A stretch of DNA of 64,000 nucleotides from Alphaproteobacteria bacterium (GTDB taxonomy: Bacteria; Pseudomonadota; Alphaproteobacteria; Rs-D84; SZUA-605), in NCBI GenBank assembly GCA_031549385.1, contig JAVBPW010000005.1, positions 32,001 through 96,000 of the forward strand, in the 5' to 3' direction. The notes under the pieces are model-generated. The model was not told the DNA's origin. It was given only the letters and a program-made list of their open reading frames with translations, and did not search any database. Positions 50,306-60,429 of the stretch are shown here, piece by piece; the stretch's first letter is position 1, and the number at the start of each line of letters is the position of its first letter. The translations under genes were made by a program, and so were the position numbers.

Positions 50306-51465
50306 TTTTTATCCCATCCTTTTGTTAATAATTCATTATACAAATCTAATGTTTCTTGGCATTTTTCATCCATAGAAAAATATTTTGCACGCTCTTTGCA
50401 ATTTTTTTGTAGTTTCTCGTATTCCTTTGCTGGTAAGTTTAACACATAGTCTAATGCTTTTGCAAGACTTTCTGTGTCATCAGGTTTAATTAACCAGCCT
50501 GACTTGTTCTCTTGGATTATTTCTCTTGGTCCACCTATGTTTGTGCAAATACATGGAACGCCTGTTGCAAATGATTCTACTATTGTTCTTCCAAAAGTTT
50601 CTTCAGTTGTTGCTGCATTAATAGATACATAAGCAAATGGAAATAAATATTCTGGTTGAGATGACATTTGAGAGTTAAAGAAAACTTTGTCTTCAAGTTT
50701 TAAATCTTTTACTAATTTTTTTACTTCATCATAGTACTCTTGATTTTTTAATTTTCCTACATTGATTATGCAGTAATAATTTCCTTTTAATTTTGCCATT
50801 GCTTTTATTATAGTATGTGAACCTTTTACTCGTGAAAAACGAGAAGGATTTACTATTACTTTTGCGTCTTTTGGAATTTTGAAATACTGTCTATATTCTT
50901 CCAATTTTTTCTTGTCTAAATTTTTAGAATCGTATTTTTCAAGGTCTACCCAACGGTAAATTACTTTTAAATTACAAGGTTTTACTCCATAATTCTCAGC
51001 TATAAAATTTTTTGTATATTTAGACGGAGTGATTGTTGGAATACTTGTACACATTATTGAGTTATAATACTTTTTAAAGAATCTTAAAATCGAATTTTTA
51101 GGTAAATTTCCAGCTCCATGAAATGTTGTTAAAAATTTTGCATTTGTTCCTTTTGAGGCCCAATAAGATGCCCATGCTGGAGCTCTTGATCTTGCGTGTA
51201 TTATATCTACATCATAATCTTTGATTAATTGTTTTAATTTTCGAGAATTAAGCCACATTTTAATTGGATTTTTTGAACCAACTTGCATTTGAATATGTTT
51301 TACACCTGTATTATCAAGTTCATGTAACCAAACACCACCATTTGAAATCACTATTGAATTGCAATTATGTTTTGCTAAAAATTTTGAAAGGTCTATTGTG
51401 CCACGTTCTACGCCACCTTGATTTAAAGATGGAAGAACTTGCATGATTGTTAGTTTTTTGTTCAT
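50299..51465 (-). CDS. Glycosyltransferase family 4
   Basis: QVLPSL..GGVERGT, HARSRAPAW, ETFGRTIVE. Confidence 0.93.
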   Translation of the reverse strand: MNKKLTIMQVLPSLNQGGVERGTIDLSKFLAKHNCNSIVISNGGVWLHELDNTGVKHIQMQVGSKNPIKMWLNSRKLKQLIKDYDVDIIHARSRAPAWASYWASKGTNAKFLTTFHGAGNLPKNSILRFFKKYYNSIMCTSIPTITPSKYTKNFIAENYGVKPCNLKVIYRWVDLEKYDSKNLDKKKLEEYRQYFKIPKDAKVIVNPSRFSRVKGSHTIIKAMAKLKGNYYCIINVGKLKNQEYYDEVKKLVKDLKLEDKVFFNSQMSSQPEYLFPFAYVSINAATTEETFGRTIVESFATGVPCICTNIGGPREIIQENKSGWLIKPDDTESLAKALDYVLNLPAKEYEKLQKNCKERAKYFSMDEKCQETLDLYNELLTKGWDKKC

Positions 51466-51466
51466 T

Positions 51467-52375
51467 TTAATTCCCATATGCTTTTGCTTCTTTACCAAAT
51501 GTACCTTTGAAATATCCAAAAGTTTTTGCTATTTTACATAATCTTTTATATAAAGTATGTTTTTGAAAAATACTTATTGGTAATAATACTATATAAAATA
51601 ACATAGCTAAAAGGTTTTGTAAATTTTTTAATATCACTTTTGAGGGTGTATATTTTTTTGTTTTGATTGCTCTGTTGTTACCTATACGAAAATCGCGTTT
51701 TAAAACGTATTTAAGAGTACAGCGTTCTGCTGGAATTATTTCATAAGCAAGAGCTTTTTGATTGTGCAGAATTAATCCTTTAGCATCATAAACTGATTTG
51801 AAAAAATCTGTGTCTTCTCCACCACAAAAATTAAATCGTGGGTCGAATTTTAAATTGTGTTTTCGTACAAAATCTAGATCGAGAGCGAAGTTTCCACCTG
51901 CAGAAGTTTTTAGAGGTCTTTTATCTTCCTTTTTATCTGATAATTTGAAGAATTTTCCCTTAATTATCCATCTTGGACAATTAGCTGGAAGTATTGATAG
52001 TGTTGGACCAGAGGAAACTGTGCAATTATTTTTTATTAAAAATTCTAAATGGTTTTTAATCCAATCTTTTTCTACTACTTCATCATCATCAAATGATAGT
52101 AAATATTTTGCTTTTAAAAGAGTTGCTTCTGATAAAATTTTGTTCCTTACATTTACTAGACCAGGAGATGGTTCGCTTACATAATGAATAGTTGTTTTTA
52201 CATCTCTTTTTAAACTTTCAACTGCATCGTATGCTGATTTTTGTGGATCATTGTCGACTATTAAAATTTCTATGTTTAGATTTGATAGTTCTTTATTGTG
52301 TGATAACGATTCAACTGCCTTTTGAACTCCAAAAGGTCTTTTATATGTTGGAATTGAAATTATTATTTTATCCAT
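51467..52375 (-). CDS. Glycosyltransferase family 2 (ExoM-like)
   Basis: IPTYKRP, IVDND, FDDDE, GGEDTDFF. Confidence 0.9.
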   Translation of the reverse strand: MDKIIISIPTYKRPFGVQKAVESLSHNKELSNLNIEILIVDNDPQKSAYDAVESLKRDVKTTIHYVSEPSPGLVNVRNKILSEATLLKAKYLLSFDDDEVVEKDWIKNHLEFLIKNNCTVSSGPTLSILPANCPRWIIKGKFFKLSDKKEDKRPLKTSAGGNFALDLDFVRKHNLKFDPRFNFCGGEDTDFFKSVYDAKGLILHNQKALAYEIIPAERCTLKYVLKRDFRIGNNRAIKTKKYTPSKVILKNLQNLLAMLFYIVLLPISIFQKHTLYKRLCKIAKTFGYFKGTFGKEAKAYGN

Positions 52376-52376
52376 T

Positions 52377-53189
52377 TTACCACCAAAAGCATTTTACCCA
52401 TAAAGTAGGGCGAATATGTTTATAAATCTTCTTAAATCCTTTTGGATATTTACGATCTGTTTTTGGTCCCCATTGACCTATTACAGCTTCTGCCATGCTT
52501 GGAAGTCCATGGAATGAAATCATTTGAAGTCCATCCCAATTTGGAATTGATGGTGTTATAAACCAACGTAAAATTCCAATTGGCATACAATGAAAACGAA
52601 ATGATGCTACCCAGTTTTCTGGCCAGAAATTTAATTTTCCATATTTTTCTATTACTTTTGCTGATAGGTATTCTTGAGATGCTGTGTAGTACTTTTCAAA
52701 TACTGGTTTTGCATTCTTTTCAAAATATGTTTTTGCAAATCCTAATGTTCCTACTACCCATGAATATAATGATGCTTGTCCAACTGAACCGTCTTTATGT
52801 GCCCAATCTTTAATTATATAAAATTTATCTTCTATTGGGTAAGAAAATAATGGATCTAGGTTTCCTATGATTACTGTATCAAGGTCGAAAAAGAAAACAC
52901 GTTGTCCATTTAATCCACCTAAATTATCGTCGCATAATCCTGCTTCTTTTCTGTATGCCCATTTGCAATCTGCCATGTCCATATGCATAACTGGAAGAGG
53001 ATGAACATTTACATCGCTATCTAATCCTTCTGATACCTCAGTAAAACAATGAAAGTTTACATTGTAGTTAGTATTCCTTTTTATCATATTTTTTAATTTA
53101 TTTACATATTCTGGGCCATATAGTGTTCCCCATTTAATACAAATAACATTTACTTCTTTATCGTTTTTTTTAATTTGATTGTGTGACAT
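52377..53189 (-). CDS. Putative GT-A glycosyltransferase
   Basis: VICIKWGTLYGPEYVNKL, FFDLDTVI, FHG.P. Confidence 0.8.
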   Translation of the reverse strand: MSHNQIKKNDKEVNVICIKWGTLYGPEYVNKLKNMIKRNTNYNVNFHCFTEVSEGLDSDVNVHPLPVMHMDMADCKWAYRKEAGLCDDNLGGLNGQRVFFFDLDTVIIGNLDPLFSYPIEDKFYIIKDWAHKDGSVGQASLYSWVVGTLGFAKTYFEKNAKPVFEKYYTASQEYLSAKVIEKYGKLNFWPENWVASFRFHCMPIGILRWFITPSIPNWDGLQMISFHGLPSMAEAVIGQWGPKTDRKYPKGFKKIYKHIRPTLWVKCFWW

Positions 53190-53190
53190 G

Positions 53191-54087
53191 CTATTTCCCT
53201 TTTATTTGTACATATTGAACTTTGTTTTCTCTGTATCCATCAACTCTTCCATGTGTAAAGATTCCTGTTGGAACTGCTATTTTAAAATGTTGATTACGCC
53301 ACCAGTCATTGTTTAAAATTATTTCTGGAACTTGGAACCCATTTAGTGTTCTTGAACTTGGATGTTCATTTATATATTTACAAATTACATTCAAAAAGAA
53401 ATCTCTTTTCATCATGAATGGTTGTTCTGAATAGTTTATGCAACATGAGTCAACTATAAATGTGTCGTCTATTTTCTTTATGTATTTTGGAAACAATAGA
53501 GCAGGATTGTCTTCAATGAAAACGGAACGTCCTAATAACTTTTTTGCTTTTGATGGGCGAATTAATCTTTTGAAAAATTTAAGTGGATTGTATTTTAAAT
53601 CTTTTTCACATATAGGGTGAGCTTGAGTTATAAATCTTTTAGATATTTTTTGAACATTATAATATTTTAAATACTTTTTTACATCAGAAAAAGATTCACC
53701 AACTTGATAGCGGTGGCGGAGGCGGACTATATCAGCTTGTCCTGTTTTTAACAAATTTTCAGCAAAATCAAGTTGTTCTTTTATTTCTTTTTTATCTTGA
53801 ACATATAATGGACAATCATTTTGAAGTATTACTATATAATCTGTGTTTAAACTTTGTGCTATATTTTCTTCTGCTACAAAACATAGATTTCTTTCATCCC
53901 CAAATGGTGTGTAACCATATTTTTTTGCTATTTTATCGTCTTCCTCAGTTCTTTCGTTAAACCATATGATTTTTTCATCAAAAAATGATGTTAATTGTCC
54001 TTCTTCGTATGAATTTAGTGTGGAAATTAGAGTTTGGTGAGATTTCCAGCTTAAAATGCCTACACCTTTTGTTTTTTTATTTTGCAA
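53191..54087 (-). CDS. Putative glycosyltransferase-like protein
   Basis: GILSWK...TL..TL.SY, LQND; first gene of the GT operon; TTG start behind GGAG. Confidence 0.55.
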   Translation of the reverse strand: MQNKKTKGVGILSWKSHQTLISTLNSYEEGQLTSFFDEKIIWFNERTEEDDKIAKKYGYTPFGDERNLCFVAEENIAQSLNTDYIVILQNDCPLYVQDKKEIKEQLDFAENLLKTGQADIVRLRHRYQVGESFSDVKKYLKYYNVQKISKRFITQAHPICEKDLKYNPLKFFKRLIRPSKAKKLLGRSVFIEDNPALLFPKYIKKIDDTFIVDSCCINYSEQPFMMKRDFFLNVICKYINEHPSSRTLNGFQVPEIILNNDWWRNQHFKIAVPTGIFTHGRVDGYRENKVQYVQIKGK

Positions 54088-54172
54088 GCTATCTCTCCTT
54101 TTTCTTGAAAATATATAATTCTGAGTATAGAATGAATTGGTAAAAAATCAATATAAAAAAGGTTTTTAGATT

Positions 54173-55516
54173 ATGTTTGAAAATTTAACAAAAAAAATTA
54201 GTGGTATTTTTAATGTTTTTGCTTCTTCTACTATTACAGAGGAAGTGTTGGAAAAGGCTTTGAGAGAAATAAAAATTGCTCTTTTGGAAGCTGATACTTC
54301 TTTGGAAGTTGTTAAAAGTATTATAGATGAGATAAAAGAGAAAACTTTGGGAACTTCTGCAGTTAAGGGAGTGGATAGAGCTGATTACATCATAAAAGTT
54401 GTTAATGATGCATTAGTCGAGAAACTGGGTTCAGAAAATAATGAACTTAATTTGTCTGGAAAACCTGCTGTTATATTGATGGTTGGGTTACAAGGTAGTG
54501 GAAAGACTACAACTGCTGGAAAACTGGCTAATTTTTTGAAAACTAAAAAAGATAAAAAGGTTTTACTTGCTTCAACTGACATTTATAGACCTCAAGCTCG
54601 TGAACAATTGTCTATATTGGCTGAGAGAGCAGGTGTTGAGAGTTTAGAAATCAAAGAAAAAGAAAGTGTTGAAGATATTACTAAGAGGGCTCTAAAATCT
54701 GGAAAAGATTATGATTGTTTGATTATTGATACAGCGGGACGATTGCAAATTGATGATGCTATGATGAAAGAAATAGCAGAAATAAAGAAGATTAGTAAGC
54801 CTGATAACGTTGTTTTATGTGTTGATGCTGTTATGGGACAGGAAAGTGTTAATGTTGCTAAAGCTTTTCATGATGCGCTAAATATTACTGGGATTATTAT
54901 GACACGCGCAGATGGTGATGCGAGAGGTGGTGCATTGCTTTCTATGAAAATGGTTTCTGGGGCTAGTATCTTATTCCTTGGAGTTGGAGAAAAGATTTCT
55001 GATTTGGAAGTTTTCCACAGAGAACGTATGGCGCAAAGAATTCTTGGAATGGGGGATATTGTTTCCCTTGTTGAACAGGCTCAAGAAAAAATGGACAGTC
55101 AGGAAGTTGAAAAAGTTTCAAATCGTATGATGTCTGGACAATTTGACTTTAATGATATGCTATCTCAATTTAAACAAATGAAAAAAATGGGCAATATTAA
55201 AGGAATTTTAAAGTATATTCCTGGAATTTCTGGAGTGATGGATAAGATTAATTCTATGGGGCTTGCTGATGATAATACATTTAAGAAACAGGAAGCTATT
55301 ATATTGTCTATGACTGAGAAGGAAAGGGCTAACCCAAAGTTGCTTTATTTATCACGTAAAGAAAGGATTGCTAAAGGATCTGGGACTTCACTTAAAGATG
55401 TTGATTCTTTGATTAAACAATATGAAAAAATGCGTGATATGATGAATAAAATGAATTCATTAGGCGGAATTGAAGGTATGCAAAAAATGATGGAAGAAAT
55501 GCAGAATAAGAAATAA
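54173..55516 (+). CDS. ffh: Signal recognition particle protein
   Basis: ALLEAD, GLQGSGKTT, DTAGR, DGDARGG, RILGMGD, Met-rich M domain. Confidence 0.98.
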   Translation: MFENLTKKISGIFNVFASSTITEEVLEKALREIKIALLEADTSLEVVKSIIDEIKEKTLGTSAVKGVDRADYIIKVVNDALVEKLGSENNELNLSGKPAVILMVGLQGSGKTTTAGKLANFLKTKKDKKVLLASTDIYRPQAREQLSILAERAGVESLEIKEKESVEDITKRALKSGKDYDCLIIDTAGRLQIDDAMMKEIAEIKKISKPDNVVLCVDAVMGQESVNVAKAFHDALNITGIIMTRADGDARGGALLSMKMVSGASILFLGVGEKISDLEVFHRERMAQRILGMGDIVSLVEQAQEKMDSQEVEKVSNRMMSGQFDFNDMLSQFKQMKKMGNIKGILKYIPGISGVMDKINSMGLADDNTFKKQEAIILSMTEKERANPKLLYLSRKERIAKGSGTSLKDVDSLIKQYEKMRDMMNKMNSLGGIEGMQKMMEEMQNKK

Positions 55517-56785
55517 TTATCTTTCTTTTTCTTGTTGGTTTTCTTTATGCGTTTTGATGTTTTCTAATATATTTAAAAGAACTAAAGCTTTTTGCAATTT
55601 TTGTTTTTCTTTCTTTCGTTTTATATAATTTGCATTGTTTATTCGATTTCTTTCTTTGAGTGCTTCTGCTTGTTCAGGTGTCATATTTGCTTTTCTTTTA
55701 TTATAACTTTCTTTTTTGCTTTTGCTAACTTTTTCTTTATTGTTTTCACGATAGTTTTTTTCATATTGTAGTCTAGATTCCAAGTTGTCTTGTCTGTATT
55801 GTTCTTGATATTCAGCTATTTGTTCAAAATGATTTTTATAGTATTTTTTGTTTACTTTATCAACTTTACTTTTGTTGTTTTTATAATAATTTACTTTGTA
55901 ATTATGAGATTCTTCCTTGTGTTGATTTTCGTATTCTCTTTGTTTCAAAATAAGAGCTTCTCTGTTTTTCTTATAATACTTTTTTCTACGAATTGTTTTT
56001 TCTAATTCTTTTATTTCATCTAATATTTTTATAGATAAATTGATTTTGTACTTATTTTTTAAGTAAATTACTTTCTTTCTTAAAGAAATTATATTTTTAT
56101 TAATTGTTCTATAATTTTTTTCATATTGTAACAAAAATTCAAGATTTTCCTGCCTGTATTCTTTTCTGTAAGTAGTCATTTTTTCTGGATTTTCTTGTGC
56201 GTATTTTTTTGACCTTTGTGCATAAGCATCTTTGTTATTTATGTAATGATTGTGTCTTTTTTCTTTTAAAGCTTCTTTATTATTTTCTCTGTAATTTTTT
56301 CCGTGTTCTTTAATTTTTTCTTTTATTTCTCTGTTTTTCTTTTGAATTCTGCTATTTGTTTGTATTTCTACTTTTTTTTCATCTGTTTCGTAAAGATATG
56401 ACTTTCTGTTTAATTCTATTTTAGAACTTAAATATTTTACTTTGCTTGCAGTTATTGGAATTGGAGATGATGCTGCTATTAATTCACAAAGGTTTTCAGA
56501 AAGGAAAACTTTTTCATTTAAAATATCAAGAAAGGCTTTTTCAGAGAAAATGTTTTCTAAATTTTCAGATTTGAGGAAGTCTGAAATTGATTTTTCTTTA
56601 GATGAATCATATAAATACCACTCTGTGAACAGTTCAGGAAGAGAATTTATTGATTTACGAACACTTTCTTTTGAAATATAAATACTATTAAAACCACTTG
56701 TAAATTCTTGATAAACTGAATCATTTGAAGAAGTAGTTTCTTCAAATATATCTAATATTTCAGTGTCTAAATTATCATAAGGCAT
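55517..56785 (-). CDS. Hypothetical protein with Lys/Tyr-rich ~15-aa helical repeats
   Basis: Recurrent K.Y...NKE units; duplicated YRQENLEFLLQYEKNYR / YRQDNLESRLQYEKNYR. Confidence 0.65.
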   Translation of the reverse strand: MPYDNLDTEILDIFEETTSSNDSVYQEFTSGFNSIYISKESVRKSINSLPELFTEWYLYDSSKEKSISDFLKSENLENIFSEKAFLDILNEKVFLSENLCELIAASSPIPITASKVKYLSSKIELNRKSYLYETDEKKVEIQTNSRIQKKNREIKEKIKEHGKNYRENNKEALKEKRHNHYINNKDAYAQRSKKYAQENPEKMTTYRKEYRQENLEFLLQYEKNYRTINKNIISLRKKVIYLKNKYKINLSIKILDEIKELEKTIRRKKYYKKNREALILKQREYENQHKEESHNYKVNYYKNNKSKVDKVNKKYYKNHFEQIAEYQEQYRQDNLESRLQYEKNYRENNKEKVSKSKKESYNKRKANMTPEQAEALKERNRINNANYIKRKKEKQKLQKALVLLNILENIKTHKENQQEKER

Positions 56786-56917
56786 TAAAATTCCTTTATA
56801 TTTTATATAAAAGATAATAAATATTAATTATTTGTCAAGTTTTATTTGATTGATTATAGAAAATGGTGTGTTAATAATTGATTTAACAAATAAAAATCAA
56901 ATTTAATAAATACTTAT

Positions 56918-57670
56918 ATGAAAAATGTTATAATTGTTGGATTTGGCAGCATGGGAAAAATGATTGCCAAGAATATCTATGAGTCTGAAGATTTTAAACT
57001 CATTGATATTGTTGATCCGGAAAAAATTGAGCAAACCATTTATGGGCTGAAAGTGAAAGAAAGTATTCATGATACAGATTATGATAAAGCAAATTTGGTT
57101 ATTGATGCTAGTTTACCCAAATGTGTGTTTGAAAATTGTTTACAGTCTATTGGACTTGGGCTTGAAGTTTTGGTTGTTGCCACTGGTTTGAGTAAAGAAC
57201 AAGTTGATGAATTGGGAAAATCAAAAAGAATATTTATTTCATCAAATTATTCGATTGGAATGAATATGTTGTTCAAATCGGTTCGTCAATTAGCCCCGTT
57301 ATATGCTTATGTGGAAATTATGGAGACTCATGCAGATACAAAAGCTGAAGTGCCTTCTGGGACGGCTATTACAACATCTCGAATATTGGTAGAAGCAAAC
57401 CCTGAACTAGCCAACAGAGTTTATAAAGGTGTTGAATTATATCCTGGTTCTCTTGGGGCAAATGTCAATGGTATTCGTGTTTGTGCTCGTCGGGTTCCTC
57501 CCGGGTATCCTACCGTGCAAACTGTGAAGTTTTATTCAACAAGCGGTGAAACGTTTGAGTTGCATCATGAGGTTTTGGGGCGGGAGTCTTATTGGGATGG
57601 TATTAAAATTGCTGCTGAACATTTGCTCGAAAATGGGGGGTTTTACAGGAGCCTTGAAGAAATCCTGTAA
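56918..57670 (+). CDS. Divergent dihydrodipicolinate reductase (DapB-like)
   Basis: G.GSMGK, VVATG, SNYSIG, ETHADTKAEVPSGTA (canonical E.HH..K.DAPSGTA). Confidence 0.8.
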   Translation: MKNVIIVGFGSMGKMIAKNIYESEDFKLIDIVDPEKIEQTIYGLKVKESIHDTDYDKANLVIDASLPKCVFENCLQSIGLGLEVLVVATGLSKEQVDELGKSKRIFISSNYSIGMNMLFKSVRQLAPLYAYVEIMETHADTKAEVPSGTAITTSRILVEANPELANRVYKGVELYPGSLGANVNGIRVCARRVPPGYPTVQTVKFYSTSGETFELHHEVLGRESYWDGIKIAAEHLLENGGFYRSLEEIL

Positions 57671-57689
57671 CTTGTTACGCTATAAATTA

Positions 57690-57712
57690 AGGCCTCTTTC
57701 GAGGCCTTTTTT
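57690..57712 (+). terminator. Intrinsic terminator
   Basis: AGGCCTC-TTTC-GAGGCCT followed by a T run. Confidence 0.85.
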
Positions 57713-58937
57713 AATCATATAAATTTTGAGTTGAGGAAGATTGTTTGTTTAAATCTTTTCCACGAAGTTTTGCTCTTTTATTTATTTCTATTTGAACCTT
57801 TGCTTGAATAGATTCAATTATTTCTGGTTTGTTAGCAAAACGTGTATTCATTTGATTTGTTTCTCTTACGCATTGTGTTTGTATAATATTGTCTATTTCT
57901 GATTGGAAAGAACAATTGCTCCAATTTAAATCACAGATTTCTGCTACACATGTTACTATTTTATCTGTGTATTCTTTAATGTCTGCATCTTCCATATCGT
58001 CTGATAATTTTTGAACGGTTCTTAAAGTTGCTGAGAAATTACCGTTTACACTTGTTAGTAAATCTTGAAATGCTAATTCAAAGTTTTCTTTTCCACATTT
58101 TTGACCTATTTCAGCAAAAACACGAGTTTTACGGTCTTGGAAATTTTTTTGAACTTCTTTTTTACATGTGTCTTCTGAATTTACACTTGTGCATTTAATA
58201 CAATTCTTATAATCAAATCCACTGCATTCACGAACATAGAATTCTTTTAATTTGTTTGAACATGTTAGAATATTATATGATCCGCCAATTGCTAAATCTT
58301 TGTATGATTTTTTCATTTTTTTAGCTTGCATATTGTCATATGCTATTGTTTCTTCTTCTTTATTTAAGTGGTCTAAATAATCATTACATGTATCGTTGAT
58401 TCTTGATTTATAGCTTTCTAAAATCTTTGTTGCATTTGTGCTTGAACATGATTTTGCTATTTTCTCACATGCATTTTTTGCTTTTGTGTATAATGATGTA
58501 CCTTTTTCAAGAAAATCACCAGTTTTTCCAGCTGTGTTTATTGTTATAGCACTGTATGTCATTTCAAATTCTTCATCATCATCACCCCAAGCTCCTGCTT
58601 GTTTTAATGTAGCTTTTTGAGTTTTTAATTTTGGAATGTCTGTATTTATTATTTTTTCTGTTTCTTCTTGCATTTTTAATAGTTTGCTTCTTTTTGGCAT
58701 GATTGTATTTTCAAAGTATGAAGCACAGATACAACGTCCTGTTTTAGAGTTATTACAAATTTCATCCATACAATCTGTAACTTTTTCTAAACAGAGGGCG
58801 TCTTGTTGGATATCAAGTGAAACACTATCAAAAGCATTTTGAATTTTTGCTTTTTTTGCTTCTATATCAACTAAATCATCAGCTGCAAATGAATAAGAGC
58901 TCGCAATTAATGTCAATAATAATAGAATTTTCTTCAT
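57711..58937 (-). CDS. Secreted Cys-rich hypothetical protein
   Basis: Signal peptide; many Cys in C...CM..IC...GRCIC patterns. Confidence 0.65.
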   Translation of the reverse strand: MKKILLLLTLIASSYSFAADDLVDIEAKKAKIQNAFDSVSLDIQQDALCLEKVTDCMDEICNNSKTGRCICASYFENTIMPKRSKLLKMQEETEKIINTDIPKLKTQKATLKQAGAWGDDDEEFEMTYSAITINTAGKTGDFLEKGTSLYTKAKNACEKIAKSCSSTNATKILESYKSRINDTCNDYLDHLNKEEETIAYDNMQAKKMKKSYKDLAIGGSYNILTCSNKLKEFYVRECSGFDYKNCIKCTSVNSEDTCKKEVQKNFQDRKTRVFAEIGQKCGKENFELAFQDLLTSVNGNFSATLRTVQKLSDDMEDADIKEYTDKIVTCVAEICDLNWSNCSFQSEIDNIIQTQCVRETNQMNTRFANKPEIIESIQAKVQIEINKRAKLRGKDLNKQSSSTQNLYD

Positions 58938-59078
58938 GTTTCCTTCCTCACTTTGCTTAGTATATCACAAAATTGATTTAAAAAAAAGTGTTTTTTGTTT
59001 GAGATTTGTTTTTTTATATCTATATAAGTTATATAGTTTAGAGTATAATTAATGTGTAGTAAAAAAAGGAGTAATGTT

Positions 59079-59396
59079 ATGTCTATATTTAATATTTCAG
59101 GGTCTTTTGATTTAGGGTCTTTAGCAGAATTAACAAAAATGGAGGTTGAACAACATCTTTTTAAATATGGTGAAAAAAAACCAGAAAAAGTAACGGTGGT
59201 TTATAAAAAAGAACATAAAGGTGACTTTTCTTGCCATATGTTAATTAGATCTATGAATAAAGAATTTATTGCAGAAGAAATTGCAGTTGATCCGAAAGTA
59301 GCTTTGGGACATGCATTGGAAAATATGGAAAAACAACTTAGACGTCATCATGACAAGATTTATAATCGTAAAGAAATAAAACGTGAAGTTGTTTAA
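59079..59396 (+). CDS. Ribosome hibernation factor (HPF/RaiA family)
   Basis: ISG.FDLG.L, A...ALE.MEKQLRRHH; start at 59079 behind AGGAG. Confidence 0.82.
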   Translation: MSIFNISGSFDLGSLAELTKMEVEQHLFKYGEKKPEKVTVVYKKEHKGDFSCHMLIRSMNKEFIAEEIAVDPKVALGHALENMEKQLRRHHDKIYNRKEIKREVV

Positions 59397-59473
59397 AACA
59401 ATTAAGAAAAAAATAGGCTTGATAAAAGCCTATTTTTCTTTATAATAAGTATTATCAGAGAAAAGGAAGTCAT

Positions 59474-60325
59474 ATGAATCAACAAACATTTAAAGAAGCT
59501 TTTCAAATTGAAGGTATTGGACTACATTCAGGAAAACCTGTGGTTTTAAAATTTAAACCAGCAGATTTTGATTTTGGAATTAAATTCAAAAGAATTGATT
59601 TGAAAGATCAACCTTTGATTCCTGCACTTTATTCTTCTGTTATTAATACTAAAATGTCTACTTTAGTTGGAACTTCTGCTGAAAATAGTGTTTCTACTAT
59701 TGAACATCTTATGGCTGCTCTTTGGGCCTATGGGGTGGATAATTGTGAAATAGAAATAGAATCTGTGGAAATTCCTATTATGGATGGTGGATCTTCTGCT
59801 TTTATTGAAGAATTTAAAAAAATTGGTCTTGTTGATCAAGGAGTGGCTCGAAAATATCTTAAAATCAAAAAAGAAGTTTCTTTTTCTGATGAACGTGCAA
59901 CTGTTAAGTTTTTACCTTTGAAAGAAGGTTTCGAAATTAAAACTTATATTAATTTTGAACGTAAGATGGTTGGAGAACAACAATTTGAATCTAAAATTGA
60001 TGGCAGAATTTTCGAAAAAGAAGTTGGTCCTGCTCGTACTCATGGACATGTCGATGATCATGAAAAGTTGAAATCTATGGGGCTTGCTAAAGGGGCTAGC
60101 TTGGATAATTTACTTGTTTATGATGATGAATCTATTCTTTCAACTGAAAAATTACGCTTTGTTAATGAAGTTGTAAGACATACTACACTTGATGCTATTG
60201 GTGATTTGTATACATCAGGTTATTTTATAATTGGCAGATATGAAACTTCAAAAGGTGGGCACTATTATAATAATATGGTGCTTAGAAAACTTTTCGAAGA
60301 TCCGTCAAATTATGAAATAGTTTAA
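59474..60325 (+). CDS. lpxC: UDP-3-O-acyl-GlcNAc deacetylase
   Basis: GIGLHSG, TIEHLMAAL, PIMDG, ART, RHTTLDAIGDL, GGH. Confidence 0.95.
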   Translation: MNQQTFKEAFQIEGIGLHSGKPVVLKFKPADFDFGIKFKRIDLKDQPLIPALYSSVINTKMSTLVGTSAENSVSTIEHLMAALWAYGVDNCEIEIESVEIPIMDGGSSAFIEEFKKIGLVDQGVARKYLKIKKEVSFSDERATVKFLPLKEGFEIKTYINFERKMVGEQQFESKIDGRIFEKEVGPARTHGHVDDHEKLKSMGLAKGASLDNLLVYDDESILSTEKLRFVNEVVRHTTLDAIGDLYTSGYFIIGRYETSKGGHYYNNMVLRKLFEDPSNYEIV

Positions 60326-60429
60326 TAAATTTCAAATTATTTTAACTTTTCGCTTTTATTAGACCTAATTTTGTGATATTATTAACTCACGAATATATTT
60401 TTAGGGCCTTTTTAGGGGAGGGGTTCAAG

